Below, in pieces: positions 11,185-21,320 of a stretch of DNA of 64,000 nucleotides. Origin of the DNA: a bacterium. Its GTDB lineage: Bacteria > UBA8248 > JACPRG01 > G963555815. The notes beneath the pieces are model-generated. The model was not told the DNA's origin and made no database searches. It was given only the letters and a program-made list of their open reading frames with translations. Numbering within the stretch: the stretch's first letter is position 1; the number at the start of each line of letters is the position of its first letter. The stretch lies in NCBI GenBank assembly GCA_965261595.1, contig CBDHDG010000005.1:480001-544000 (forward strand), given 5' to 3'. The position numbers and the translations under genes are program-made.

Positions 11185-11291
11185 TTTATAGGAGATGCGA
11201 CGGCCGCAAGAATCCCGCGAGAACATCGGCCGATGAAACGACAGCCCCAAGAAGGCCACAAAGTTGTATCCAAATGAGGGAGGGAGAAAAA

Positions 11292-11864
11292 ATGAAACGG
11301 TTCGCGTCCATCCTGTCGGTCCTGGTCGTATTCACCGCCCTTGCCGGTTGCGCGAAAAACCCCTACGGCCCCAAAGGGGATTTCCAGGCCATCCGGCCCT
11401 TTGACCCGCCCCCCAAGGGCGTTACGGCCTATGTGGGGATAGGCGCCGCGAAGGACGACAACCTCCACATCGGAATCCGGAAAGCCGAGACCGCCGCCAT
11501 GGGGGATTTGGCCCGGAACATTTTCCGAGTCGTCGCCTCCGAGAGCAGCGTCTACGTGAAAGACCTGGAAAAACAGAAGATCCTGTTGGATGACGTCACC
11601 ACGGTCGTCACGGTCCTGCCGCTGCCGGGAACGATTTTCAAGGGATGCGTCCGCAACCCGGACAACAATGAGGTCTGGTGCCGGGTGTACATGGCCAAAT
11701 CCGAGGTGGACGAGGAGATTTTCAGCCACCTTGCGGCCATGAGCAAGAACCTGCTCAAAGACTCCGAAGAGAAGCTTCGCCAATACATCCGAAAGAGCGG
11801 CTCCCGCGCCGAGCGGGACGTTCGCATCCTCCGGGAGTTCCGGGGCCGCCCCCTGAAATCCTGA
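11292..11864 (+). CDS. Lipoprotein (LPP20-like)
   Basis: Signal peptide with lipobox LAGC; GGGAG RBS. Confidence 0.75.
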   Translation: MKRFASILSVLVVFTALAGCAKNPYGPKGDFQAIRPFDPPPKGVTAYVGIGAAKDDNLHIGIRKAETAAMGDLARNIFRVVASESSVYVKDLEKQKILLDDVTTVVTVLPLPGTIFKGCVRNPDNNEVWCRVYMAKSEVDEEIFSHLAAMSKNLLKDSEEKLRQYIRKSGSRAERDVRILREFRGRPLKS

Positions 11865-11927
11865 TCGCGGGGACCCCTGATCGCAGGGGTTCTCGAGAAA
11901 AACCCGGATTGCGGGTATCGCGTCCCC

Positions 11928-13078
11928 ATGGACTCGCCGCCCTCGGAGGCCCGGAATATGCGACGGAAACGCCCCCCTCGAAACCCGTGGATCGGACGAC
12001 GGCGAATAGGAAGCGCGGGACGCGTCCTGGCGCTGTCCATCAGCCTATCGATGGCCGCCGGATGCGCGGGCCGCCCGGTCCCCACGCTGCCGTCCATCGA
12101 GCGGCGCGGCGTCCTGGACGGCGTCGGGTACGCCCGAATCAAGGACGGTGACGTCGGCCGGGCCCGCAAACAGGCGGTTCGGGCCGCCCTGCGGGACATG
12201 GCCCTCTCCGCACGCGCCGTTGTGCGCATCCGATCGGCTTACCGGATTCGGGCCGAAGACGGCCGGCCCATTTCCGAATCGCTCAAGGACCTCGTCGAAG
12301 TCAGGGCCTTCCAGGTCCTGGCGTCCCGTCACGCGCGCGAGGACGTCGACCTCAAGGCCGGGATGTACCGGGTCTATCTCTGGCTGACCGAGGAAGATCT
12401 CCGCGATAGCATCGAGGAGACCCGGATCGCCCGCCGGGAGCGCTACGCCCGCGCCCGCCGCCTGTACGAGGCCGCCCCAGCCGAGACCGGCGGGAATCCG
12501 TATGAAATTCGGAAAAAGCTCACCGAGATTCGCGACCTGATCGAGGAGGCCGATTTGCGGAGCGACCCGGACGGCGCCGCCTTTCACGCGCGCGTCGAAT
12601 CCCGCCTCAACCGGATTGAATCGCGAATCCGGCAAGGGGAGCGCCTCATCGTCCGGGCCGGGAAGGCGCTGCGGGAAGGCCGCTTGAAGACCGCCGCGGG
12701 CCGGCTGGAATCGGCGCGGAAGAAGGTCCCCGGGGCCGCGCGCCTCCGGGCGCTGAAGGAGGATCTTGAACAGAGGCGCCGGCGGGTCTCGGACCTCAAA
12801 CGCGAGGCGGCCGCCCTTCAGGCGAGGAGAAGCACTCGGAGGCCCTGGAGGTCTTCCGGGAGGCCGGAAAGATCGACCGGGAGGATGAGGAAATCCAGGA
12901 CGGTGTGAGCAAGCTCCGAGCGGTCATCGCCTGGAAGGAAAAGGAGCGGAACGCGAAGATTGTCTCGGGCGTCAAGAACTTCTTCCTGATCCTCGGCGCG
13001 GCCGCCCTGATCGGCGTCGTGGCGGCCTCCGGCGCGAGCGTCAGCCCTTACGCCCATACGGGCGCGTGGAGGCGGTAG
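11928..13078 (+). CDS. Lipoprotein with LPP20-like N-domain, helical/TPR-like region and C-terminal TM; frameshift near 12830
   Basis: Lipobox MAAGC; GVGYA...ARKQAVRAALRDMA; another frame continues EALEVFREAGKIDRED...FFLILGAAALIGVVAA to TAG at 13078. Confidence 0.6.
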
Positions 13079-13265
13079 ACCGATTCAAGTTTCGATTCAC
13101 TCCCGCTCCGCCCCTTCAGGGCATTCGCCGTCCCCCCCTCCCCCCGATATCATCCCGTTGCGGATTCAGGTTGTGTCGCCTATGATTGAAATAGTCGAAT
13201 AACGCGCGGGTGAATCCGTCCATTGAACCCAAAGCGGAACCGCTTGATTCAGAGGGCCTGACGCA

Positions 13266-13703
13266 ATGTCCAACCCCGTCCTGGTCGGTGTGAACGACCT
13301 CTTCTTCTCCGCCAAAATCACCGGCCCCGCGAATGTGCTGGGGGTTCCGATGAAGTGCTTCCCCAGCTGCGACCGTCTCCTGGCCGCGGCCCGGGAAGCG
13401 GGCTCGACCCCCCCCCTCGTCATCCTGGACCTGGAATCCGTCGGGGGGGACCCCGTTTCCCTCATCCGGGCCGTCAAATCGGACGAGGGTCTGAAAGACG
13501 CGCGGGTCGTCGCCTTCGGCCGGCACACCAACGCGGAAACACTTCAGGCGGCGGACGACGCGGGCGCCGATCAGGTGATGCCCCGGTCGGACTTCGTCCA
13601 GGTTCTCCCCGACCTGCTCCGCGCGTGCGCCGACGGGGCGCGGACCGCCCTAAGGGCCCAAACCGCCCCAAGGGCGCAAACCGGGACGGAATCTTCCCCA
13701 TGA
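13266..13703 (+). CDS. Single-domain response regulator receiver
   Basis: VNDLFF, LVILDL, VAFGRH, AGADQVMPRS. Confidence 0.8.
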   Translation: MSNPVLVGVNDLFFSAKITGPANVLGVPMKCFPSCDRLLAAAREAGSTPPLVILDLESVGGDPVSLIRAVKSDEGLKDARVVAFGRHTNAETLQAADDAGADQVMPRSDFVQVLPDLLRACADGARTALRAQTAPRAQTGTESSP

Positions 13704-14272
13704 CCCCCCGGAAGCCGGTCCTGCGCGCGACGCTTCTCCAACTGTCCGCGCTCCTGTGGGCGGTCGCGGCCCTTACGGGCCTCCATGGGTCTTCCGCCCT
13801 CGCCGCCGAGGTGGGGGACCCCCGCCCCGGACTTCCGCCTGAAGAGCACGACGGGCAGGCCCATCGCCCTCAGCGACTACCGGGGGAAGAAGAACGTCGT
13901 CGTCCAGTTCTACGTCCTCGACTTCACCCCCGGCTGATTGGCCGAGTTCACGGCGAGTCAGTTGGACTACGCCAGGTTTCGGGCGCTCGACGCGGAGATC
14001 CTCGGGGTCAGCGTCAACGCTCCCCATTCGCAGGCCATCTTCGCCCAGATGCTGAAGCTGAAGTTTCCCCTCCTCAGCGATTTCAGGATGGAGGCCATGC
14101 GGAAATGCGGGGTCAAGAACCCCCGGCGCGAGATGGCGCTTCTCTCCTGGTTCATCGTCGACAAGAAAGGGATCATCCGCCTCAAGCACGTCGCCCGAAA
14201 GCAGGGCGACATCCTCCCCACAAAGACGCTGCTCCGAGAGCTGCGGGGGATCCGGGGGGGGGGGGGGGATGA
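13700..14272 (+). CDS. Exported AhpC/TSA peroxiredoxin, probable selenoprotein (UGA at 13935-13937)
   Basis: Signal peptide; removing one C at 13819-13823 gives [48 protein letters not shown]...GVSVN...FPLLSDF...FIVDKKGII. One more G in the G15 run restores the stop at 14270-14272. Confidence 0.85.
   Translation: MTPRKPVLRATLLQLSALLWAVAALTGLHGSSALAAEVGDPRPGLPPEEHDGQAHRPQRLPGEEERRRPVLRPRLHPRLIGRVHGESVGLRQVSGARRGDPRGQRQRSPFAGHLRPDAEAEVSPPQRFQDGGHAEMRGQEPPARDGASLLVHRRQERDHPPQARRPKAGRHPPHKDAAPRAAGDPGGGGG
13952..13973 (+). promoter_or_regulatory. Putative bacterial SECIS element
   Basis: GGCG-AGTC-[AGTTG]-GACT-A-CGCC hairpin; loop starts 22 nt after UGA with G at loop position 2. Confidence 0.65.
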
Positions 14273-14502
14273 AGGCGCTCTCGGCCCGTCTCTCGGCCCT
14301 CGCGGCGATCCTTCTCGCGGACGCCGGCGATCTCGTGGCGCACCACGAGCTGGCGGACCCCTCCGTCATCTTCGACAAAATGGACCGGCCCCTCGTGACG
14401 GCCACGTCCGCTCAGGCCCTGTGGGCCGCGCTGGGCATTCTCGTGATTCCCATCGTCATCATCGCGCTGGTTTTCTGGTCGCAGCGCTCAAAGGAGTTTT
14501 GA
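14269..14502 (+). CDS. Small membrane protein
   Basis: 77 aa, hydrophobic N- and C-terminal segments, ATGA overlap. Confidence 0.55.
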   Translation: MKALSARLSALAAILLADAGDLVAHHELADPSVIFDKMDRPLVTATSAQALWAALGILVIPIVIIALVFWSQRSKEF

Positions 14503-14510
14503 AAAACCGA

Positions 14511-15860
14511 ATGAAAGCCGACCTTCGAATCGACGGCGGAACCCTCGTCCTTCCCGAAATGGGTTTGGTCCGGGCCGGTCTGGCGATCCGGGACGGGAAG
14601 ATCGCCGCCATCGGCGACGAGAGCGCCCTCCCCTCGGCCCGAAAGAGAATCGACGCCTCCGGCCTCCACGTCCTGCCGGGACTGGTCGATCCCCACGGCC
14701 ACATGGGACTGAACGACGACTTCGCCGGGGAGTGCGAAACCGAGACCCGCGCCGCGTTGAAGGGCGGCGTCACAACCATCGGGTTGTTCATCCGAACACC
14801 GGGGGACTATCTGGCCGATATCCCGGACCTCGCCGCCCTGGTCGGCCGGACGGCGTTCATCGATGTCTTCTTCACCCTGAACATCTCCGACGCGGAACGA
14901 GTCGGGAACATCCCTCGGTATGCGAAACAATTGGGCATTCATTCGTACAAGTTTTACATGTGGTCCGTGCCGGGCGGGAAGCCGATGGACGACGCCCTGC
15001 TCTTCCGGGGGTTCCGTCAGGTCGCGAAGCTCGGCCGGGCGGGCCTGGCCTGCGTGCATGCCGAAACGAAATCGCTGATCGATGAGGCCACCGAGCGCGT
15101 AGCGGGCCTTCCTTCCGGGAAAGGGTCTCATCTCAAGCGTTACACCGCCAGCCATCCCCCCCTGGCGGAGTCCCTGGCCATCGAGACCGCGGCGCATCTG
15201 GCGGCCGCCGCGGGCGTGCGGCTCTACATCGTTCATCTCTCCTCCCGGGACGGTCTGGAGACGGCCTCGCGCCTCAAGTCTTTCATGCCGGACCTCATCC
15301 TTGAGACCACGCCCCATCACCTGAACCTGACCGAAGAGCACGACGCGGGCATGTGCGCCAAGATCGCCCCGCCCGTCCGGGATAAATCCCACCCGGAGGC
15401 CCTGTGGAAAGGATTGATCGAGGGGAGGATCGACACGATCGGCACGGACAACCTGCCCCGGCGGCGGGCGCAGAAGGTCGATCACTGGCGCGACGCCATC
15501 ACCGGGTTCCCGGGCTACGGCACGCTCCTGCCCCTGATGCTTCACGAGGGCCACCACAAGCGGAACCTCCCCCTGGAAGAGGTCGTCGCCAAGGTCACGG
15601 CCAATCCCGCGAGGGCGTACGGGTATTTCCCCCGAAAGGGGACGCTCCGCCTGGGGAGCGACGCCGACATCGTTCTTGTCGACTTGAAGAAAACGCGCAC
15701 CGTCCGGTGGAAAGACCTGGGCCACTGGTCCGATTTTTCGGTCTACGAGGGCATGCGCCTCAAGGGCTGGCCGGTCATGACGATCAAGGCCGGGAAGGTG
15801 GCCTGCGCGGAGGGCCGAGTTTTGGCGAAGAGGGGATCGGGGGGGTATCTTCGTCACTGA
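14511..15860 (+). CDS. Cyclic amidohydrolase (dihydroorotase/hydantoinase/allantoinase family)
   Basis: PGLVDPHGH, GGVTT, YKFYM, VHAE, VHLSS, ETTPHHL, IGTD; the 640-aa track ORF is a fusion artefact. Confidence 0.9.
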   Translation: MKADLRIDGGTLVLPEMGLVRAGLAIRDGKIAAIGDESALPSARKRIDASGLHVLPGLVDPHGHMGLNDDFAGECETETRAALKGGVTTIGLFIRTPGDYLADIPDLAALVGRTAFIDVFFTLNISDAERVGNIPRYAKQLGIHSYKFYMWSVPGGKPMDDALLFRGFRQVAKLGRAGLACVHAETKSLIDEATERVAGLPSGKGSHLKRYTASHPPLAESLAIETAAHLAAAAGVRLYIVHLSSRDGLETASRLKSFMPDLILETTPHHLNLTEEHDAGMCAKIAPPVRDKSHPEALWKGLIEGRIDTIGTDNLPRRRAQKVDHWRDAITGFPGYGTLLPLMLHEGHHKRNLPLEEVVAKVTANPARAYGYFPRKGTLRLGSDADIVLVDLKKTRTVRWKDLGHWSDFSVYEGMRLKGWPVMTIKAGKVACAEGRVLAKRGSGGYLRH

Positions 15861-15893
15861 CAGGCTGCCGAAAAACTTCTTCGAGCTTGAACA

Positions 15894-15989
15894 GATTCCT
15901 CACGCGGGTTGGTTGACCCTCGTTCGGAATGACAACTTTGAGAGGTGAGTGCACCCACGACATGTCAGTCCGAGCGGTGCGCAGGAATC
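15894..15989. repeat. Two REP-like TGTCATTCC...GGAATC hairpins in opposite orientation
   Basis: 15894-15934 (reverse complement TGTCATTCCGAACGAGGG...CCCGCGTGAGGAATC) and 15963-15989 TGTCAGTCCGAGCGGTGCGCAGGAATC. Confidence 0.75.
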
Positions 15990-16123
15990 CGTCCCTGGGA
16001 TTTGACAGCCAAATAATCCGGTGGCGGGGGATTCAGGTTCAACGGGGTTCATCCCAAACCGCACCCAAATAGGATGAAATTTCGATAGCGTTTTCTTCCC
16101 CCTTCCCCTCCCCTGAAATAAAT

Positions 16124-17230
16124 TCAAGCGAGCGCCCCCTCCAGGAGCGTCAGGAACTTCTCGTTCTGCCCGGCCGGTCCCACCGTGACGCGGATGTGCT
16201 CCGGAAGTCCGAAGGACGCGCACGGCCGGACAATGATCCCGCCAGCCATCAGGTCGCGGACGATTCGGGAGGCCCCCGGCCCCAGCCGCAGGAAAACGAA
16301 GTTGGCCTCGGTCGGGACGTACTCGATCCCGAGCTTTTCGAGTCCGGCGTAAATCCGGCGCTTTCCCTCATGGACCATCTTCAGCGATCGCTGGTGGAAC
16401 GCATCGTCTCCGAGGGCGGCACGGGCCGCCGCCAGCGCGGGGCCGGAAACGTTGAACGGATCCTTCGTTTTGTGAAGCGCGCGGATCAACGCCGGGCGTC
16501 CGATGCCGAACCCGACGCGAAGGCCCGCCAGTCCGTAGACCTTCGAGAACGTCCGAACACCCGCAATCCAGGCCCCCTTCCGCTCGATGTAGGTCTCGCT
16601 CCGGGGGAAACGATGATCTTCGGAAAAATCCGCGTACGCCTCGTCCAGCACCACAACGGCCGTTTCGGGGAGGTCGCCCAGGAAGGCCTCGAACTCGGTT
16701 TGTGAGAACAGCGTCCCCGTCGGGTTGTTGGGGTTGCAGAGAAAAACAAGCTTCGTCCGGTCCGTTACGCGTGAGCGGACGTCCCCCAAGTCGATGGCAT
16801 GGTCCCGCAGGGGGCTGTACACCGGGACCCCGCCCATGACCCGCGTTACGGTCGTGTAGGGATGAAATGAGGGCGACGGAATGACGCACTCCTCCCCCTC
16901 GTTGACGAAAGCGCGCGCCAGGTTGTGCAGGACGTCGTCGGCCCCGTTCCCGACAAAGAAGTTCTCCGGCCTCAGCCCGAACCGCTCCGCCAGGGCGGCC
17001 TTGAGGTCCCCCACGTTTCCGTCCGGATAGAGGTGAGATCCGTCCAGGGCATTGCGGGCGGCCTCGACGGCGAGGGGAGAAGGGCCCAGGGGGTTCTCGT
17101 TGCTTGCCATCTTCTCGACCGCGTCCAGGCCGAACTCGGCCTGGACCTCCGCAACGGACCGGCCGGGGACGTAATCCTCCAGGTCTTCGATTCCGCGGCG
17201 CATCAAACGGCTCACCGAGTCATCCATCAT
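16124..17230 (-). CDS. hisC: Histidinol-phosphate aminotransferase
   Basis: KMASNENPLG, CNPNNPTG, LDEAY, RTFSKVYGLAGLRVG. Confidence 0.95.
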   Translation of the reverse strand: MMDDSVSRLMRRGIEDLEDYVPGRSVAEVQAEFGLDAVEKMASNENPLGPSPLAVEAARNALDGSHLYPDGNVGDLKAALAERFGLRPENFFVGNGADDVLHNLARAFVNEGEECVIPSPSFHPYTTVTRVMGGVPVYSPLRDHAIDLGDVRSRVTDRTKLVFLCNPNNPTGTLFSQTEFEAFLGDLPETAVVVLDEAYADFSEDHRFPRSETYIERKGAWIAGVRTFSKVYGLAGLRVGFGIGRPALIRALHKTKDPFNVSGPALAAARAALGDDAFHQRSLKMVHEGKRRIYAGLEKLGIEYVPTEANFVFLRLGPGASRIVRDLMAGGIIVRPCASFGLPEHIRVTVGPAGQNEKFLTLLEGALA

Positions 17231-17551
17231 CCCTGATTCCAAAGGCAAAGGCCCGGGCGGCACGGGTCCGGGCGGGGGCGCGGGAGAAGGGGGGGGGGCC
17301 GTGATTCCTCCGGAGCGTCCGCCCCGATCTGAACGGGGAGAAACCGGGGAACCCGCACGCCGGACCCACCCAAGCATATCGAATCGGCATTATATCCGGG
17401 GAAGCGTCCTTGAACAGCGGCCCGGAAGGATGCCCCCCGGCCGGTTCGGTCCACCCGCCGGGGGCGCCCCTCCATGTTCGGTTAGAATGGACCAGAACCC
17501 ATTTTCCGTGATATCCACCATCCGCCGCCGCGCGACTTGAGGGAGAGACCG

Positions 17552-18073
17552 ATGGCTCAACCGAGATTCCGGGACACACTGAGAAAGGCGAGCAAAAAAG
17601 TCTGGGAGGCTATCTTCCGCCACCCCTTCCCCCGCGAAGTCGGGGAAGGGACCCTGGAGAAAGAGAAGTTCCGGCACTTCATCGTCCAGGACTACCTCTA
17701 TCTTCAGGATTTCGCCCGGGCGCTGCTTATGGCGGGAAGCAGGGCCCACACCCAGGACACCCTGCAAATGTTCGCCCGGCACGAGGCGGGATGCGTCGAA
17801 GTGGAGCGGGCGCTGCACCGCGGCCTGGCCAGGCGCATCGGCCTCAGCCGCAAGCGCCTGCAATCGGCGAAAAGGGGGCCGGTGACCGAAGCCTATACCC
17901 GCCACCTCTTGTCCGTCACCCGGAGCGGAACCCTGGCCGAATCCGTTGCGGCCGTCCTGCCCTGCTACTGGATTTACTGGGAGGTGGGAAAACGCCTGAA
18001 CCGCCAACCCCCCACGGAGCCGATTTATCGGGAATGTAACGCTCCCGACAAAGGAATAGGCGAAAACGGCTAA
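17552..18073 (+). pseudogene. tenA: Thiaminase II/TenA, 3'-truncated near 18036
   Basis: IFRHPF, FIVQDYLYL, AYT, LPCYWIYWEVG; similarity ends at PIYRE, where the sequence turns AT-rich. Confidence 0.8.
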
Positions 18074-18130
18074 AAATGGAATAAAAACGGCCTCCGTTTT
18101 CCATGCTCTCCGGTTCTTTCCGTTATTGTT

Positions 18131-18151
18131 CGATCACATTAACGATCACAT
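18131..18151. repeat. Tandem CGATCACAT repeats, probable integrase arm-type sites
   Basis: CGATCACAT-TAA-CGATCACAT between the tenA break and the integrase stop. Confidence 0.55.
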
Positions 18152-18170
18152 GGACGGCCGGCGGGGCGAC

Positions 18171-18746
18171 TCAGCGCCGCCCCCGACCCCGCCCAATCGG
18201 GACGACGTTCCGTTCCGCCGGCAGGCCCTCGACATATCGCTCGACCCGGATCTGCGCCTCCAGCTTGTCGGCATCGGACGTGATGTTATACCGATCCATC
18301 ATCGCCCGCGTTTTCCAGCCCATGATCGCCATCACGACGCCCTCCGGCACCCCGGCTCGGACCATATTCCGCGCCGCCGTTTTGCGGAGGTCATACGGGA
18401 TCTTCCCGACGACTCCCGCCTCCCGGCAGGCGCTCCGCCAGGTTCCACGGAAATCCCTGATCGGCTTCCCCCGCCGGTGAAACACGAACGGGCACCCCAC
18501 CACGCGCCGCTCCAGGCGCCGCTCCATGATTTCCGAATAAACCCCCGTCAGAGGGAAGGCCACGCCGACGCCGACCTTGTCGTCGGCCGGATGCAGCCGC
18601 AGCGTCCACGATTCCGAATCGAACGCCGCCCACAGGTAGGATTTGATCGCCTTCGGTCGCTGGCCGGTCCAGAAAAACCACTCGAGCAGGTCCGCCGCGT
18701 CCGGGTCCCCCCGGCCCCACCGTCCCGCGCGGCGCCTCACGTAGTC
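18171..18746 (-). pseudogene. Tyrosine recombinase/integrase C-terminal fragment
   Basis: YDLRKTAARNM, MAIMGWKTRAMMDRY; 5' part replaced by the IS3 element. Confidence 0.85.
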
Positions 18747-18831
18747 TGACCTGCCCCCCTGAAACCGGTCCGGTTTGAGAGTTAGGATTTTCGCACGGCT
18801 TTCGGGACTGGATTGGCCTAGAAAGGGGGCA

Positions 18832-19113
18832 ATGATGAGTCGGAAGCGATTCACCGCGGAGCAGATCATCCACAAGCTTCGTCAGGCCGAGGTGGAGTTG
18901 GCCAATGGGCAGAGGATGGCTCAGGTCTGCAAGACGCTGGGGATCTCCGAGCAGACCTATTACCGGTGGCGGCGGGAGTACGGAGGCCTGCGCCTGGACC
19001 AGGCGAAACGACTGAAGACACTGGAGCAGGAAAACGCCCGGCTAAAGAAGCTGGTGGCCGAGCAGGCCCTGGATAACGCCATCTTGAAGGAGGCCTCCCA
19101 GGGAAACTTCTGA
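18832..19113 (+). CDS. IS3 transposase OrfA
   Basis: RKRFTAEQII...GISEQTYYRWR HTH. Confidence 0.92.
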   Translation: MMSRKRFTAEQIIHKLRQAEVELANGQRMAQVCKTLGISEQTYYRWRREYGGLRLDQAKRLKTLEQENARLKKLVAEQALDNAILKEASQGNF

Positions 19114-19136
19114 GCCCGCCTGCGCGGCGGCGGGCG

Positions 19137-20006
19137 ATGGAGCATGTGCGGGAGAAGCTGAGCGTGTCCGAACGTCGCGCCTGCCGGGTGCTGGGTCAGG
19201 CCCGCTCGACTCAGCGGCGCTCTGCCCAGGTCCCTGACGATGAGGCCCGTTTGGTGGCGCGGGTGACAGAGCTGGCGAGCGAGTACGGACGGTACGGCTA
19301 CCGGAGGATAACGGCTCTGTTGGAAAGAGAAGGCTGGCGAGTGAATCACAAGGGGGTGGAGCGGATCTGGCGCCAGGAAGGCCTGAAGGCGCCGAAGAGA
19401 CAGCCCAAGCGAGGGCGTTTATGGCTGAACGACGGCTCTTGTGTTCGCAAGCGTCCGTCTTATCGGAATCATGTGTGGTCCTACGACTTCCTGGCCGCGA
19501 GGACGCACGATGGGCGGCCTTTACGGATGCTGGCTGTGATGGATGAGTTGACCCGGGAGTGCTTGGCCCTTGATGTAGAGAGAAGACTCAACTCCGAGGA
19601 CGTCCTGGACCGCCTCACCGAGTTGTTCGTCCGGCGTGGCCTGCCGGCTTATATCCGCTCGGACAACGGGGCGGAGTTCACGGCGAATGCGGTGAGAGGG
19701 TGGCTCACCCGTCTTGGGGTGAGAACGCTTTACATCGAGCGGGGCAGTCCCTGGGAGAACGGCTATGTGGAGTCCTTCATCGGCAAGCTGCGCGATGAGC
19801 TGCTCAACGGGGAGATCTTCTACACCCTGACAGAGGCCAAGGTGTTGGTGGAGAGATGGCGACAACTCTACAACCGGGTAAGGCCCCATAGTGCCTTGGG
19901 CTACCGGCCCCCGGCGCCGGAGGCCATCGAACCAATGCCTCCGGGCATCCCTACACTTTCGGACATCGGGGAGCAGAGACTAACTCAAAAAGTGGTACAA
20001 CTTTAG
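19137..20006 (+). CDS. IS3 transposase OrfB (DDE)
   Basis: WSYDF, SDNGAEF, PWENGYVESF. Confidence 0.93.
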   Translation: MEHVREKLSVSERRACRVLGQARSTQRRSAQVPDDEARLVARVTELASEYGRYGYRRITALLEREGWRVNHKGVERIWRQEGLKAPKRQPKRGRLWLNDGSCVRKRPSYRNHVWSYDFLAARTHDGRPLRMLAVMDELTRECLALDVERRLNSEDVLDRLTELFVRRGLPAYIRSDNGAEFTANAVRGWLTRLGVRTLYIERGSPWENGYVESFIGKLRDELLNGEIFYTLTEAKVLVERWRQLYNRVRPHSALGYRPPAPEAIEPMPPGIPTLSDIGEQRLTQKVVQL

Positions 20007-20017
20007 GGGGCGGGTCA

Positions 20018-21229
20018 CGCCATCAGGTTCACGAAAGAGGGTGAAATCTCCGTTCGGGCGGGCATCGAGAATCAATCGGAGAAGGAAATCACGGTGCGTC
20101 TTGAAGTGTCCGATACGGGAATCGGCATCTCTCCCGAGGCCCAAGCCCTCCTCTTCCAGTCCTTCACGCAGGCCGAAAAATCCACCACCCGCAAGTTCGG
20201 CGGGACGGGACTGGGACTGGCGATATGCAAAACACTCGCGGAAATGATGGGCGGCGAGATCGGTGTCGAAATCCGGCCCGGCCAAGGCTCCACGTTCTGG
20301 TCACGACCCGGCTCGGATTAACCGACGCCAACGCGGAGACCTCGCCCTCCGGCCCGGAAACGCCGCTGCGCCCCCGCGAGGGCAAACCGTCCGCCGCCGG
20401 AAACGGGACCTCAAAATTCGCGTCGCGGACGAACCACGGCCGGATCCTGGTGGCCGAAGACAACACCGTCAACCAGAAGCTCATCCAACGCATGCTCGAA
20501 AAACTCGGGTATCGCGCCGACATGGCGGCCAACGGTCTCGAAACCGTCGACATGTGGGCCTGGGTGCCCTACGACCTGATCCTGATGGATTGCTCGATGC
20601 CGGAAATGGACGGGTTTCAGGCGACCGCGGAGATCCGCGGCCGGGAGCGGAAGACCGAAAGCGGCCGCCACATCCCGATCATCGCCCTCACGGCCAACGC
20701 CATGACGGGCTTCCGGGAGAAATGCATCGAGGCGGGCATGGACGATTACGTCTCCAAGCCGTTCAAGCGGGCGGACTTGGAAGCGGTCCTCGAATCCTGG
20801 ACCCATCCCGATCCCCCCCCCAAGCCGCTCGAATCGCCGACGCCGCGGCAAGTTCCCGAGGGTCGTCCGCCGGAGCTCTCGGTGGACACGGAAATGGTGG
20901 AAGCCTTACACGAAACCATGGGGGATGAGCTGAGCAAGTTATTCGATTTGTTCTTCAGTCAGACGCCCGAGCGCGTGGAGGCCATGCGGCAGGCCGCGGC
21001 CCAGAAAGACGCCGACGCCTTGACCCGGGTTTCGCACAGCCTGAAAGGAAGCGCCGGCCTCATGGGGGCGCAACGGCTGGCCGGCTTGGGCGCGAAGCTC
21101 CAGGCCCTGGGAGAAACCGGAAACGTCGAGGGGGCCGGAGACCTGATCGAAATGGCGGAGACTGAATTCGCGGCCGTCAAGGCCATCCTCGAGAATGAAA
21201 TGAGGCAGATCTCGGCTGCCCGGACCTGA
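20018..21229 (+). pseudogene. Hybrid histidine kinase 3' fragment (HATPase-REC-Hpt), 5'-truncated by IS3, frameshift near 20300
   Basis: Starts at AIRFT (N-box); [22 protein letters not shown]...MDCSMPEMDG...KP; SHSLKGSA. Confidence 0.85.
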
Positions 21230-21320
21230 GCCCCCGCCCACGTCGCGAACCGCCGGAAGGACGCCTTCTCCCGCCGGCCCGGCCTTCGCCACCTTGAAAA
21301 CGTGCGGGTGATCGCGGCGC

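Larger units (their letters stand above)
18747..20017 (+). mobile_element. IS3-family element (IS407-like), no target-site duplication
   Basis: IRL TGACCTGCCCCCCTGAA, IRR TTTAGGGGGCGGGTCA; GGGAAAC frameshift motif at the end of orfA. Confidence 0.92.

Noticed and set aside
13643..13682. 18-bp tandem repeat at the end of the receiver gene
   Set aside because: Two imperfect in-frame copies encoding a low-complexity tail.
13938..15860. 640-aa peroxiredoxin-amidohydrolase fusion in the ORF track
   Set aside because: Depends on the G15 run; ATGA at 14269 and an ATG at 14511 define separate genes.
17240..17550. TPP riboswitch upstream of tenA
   Set aside because: No CTGAGA or ACCTGA...TAAT core visible.
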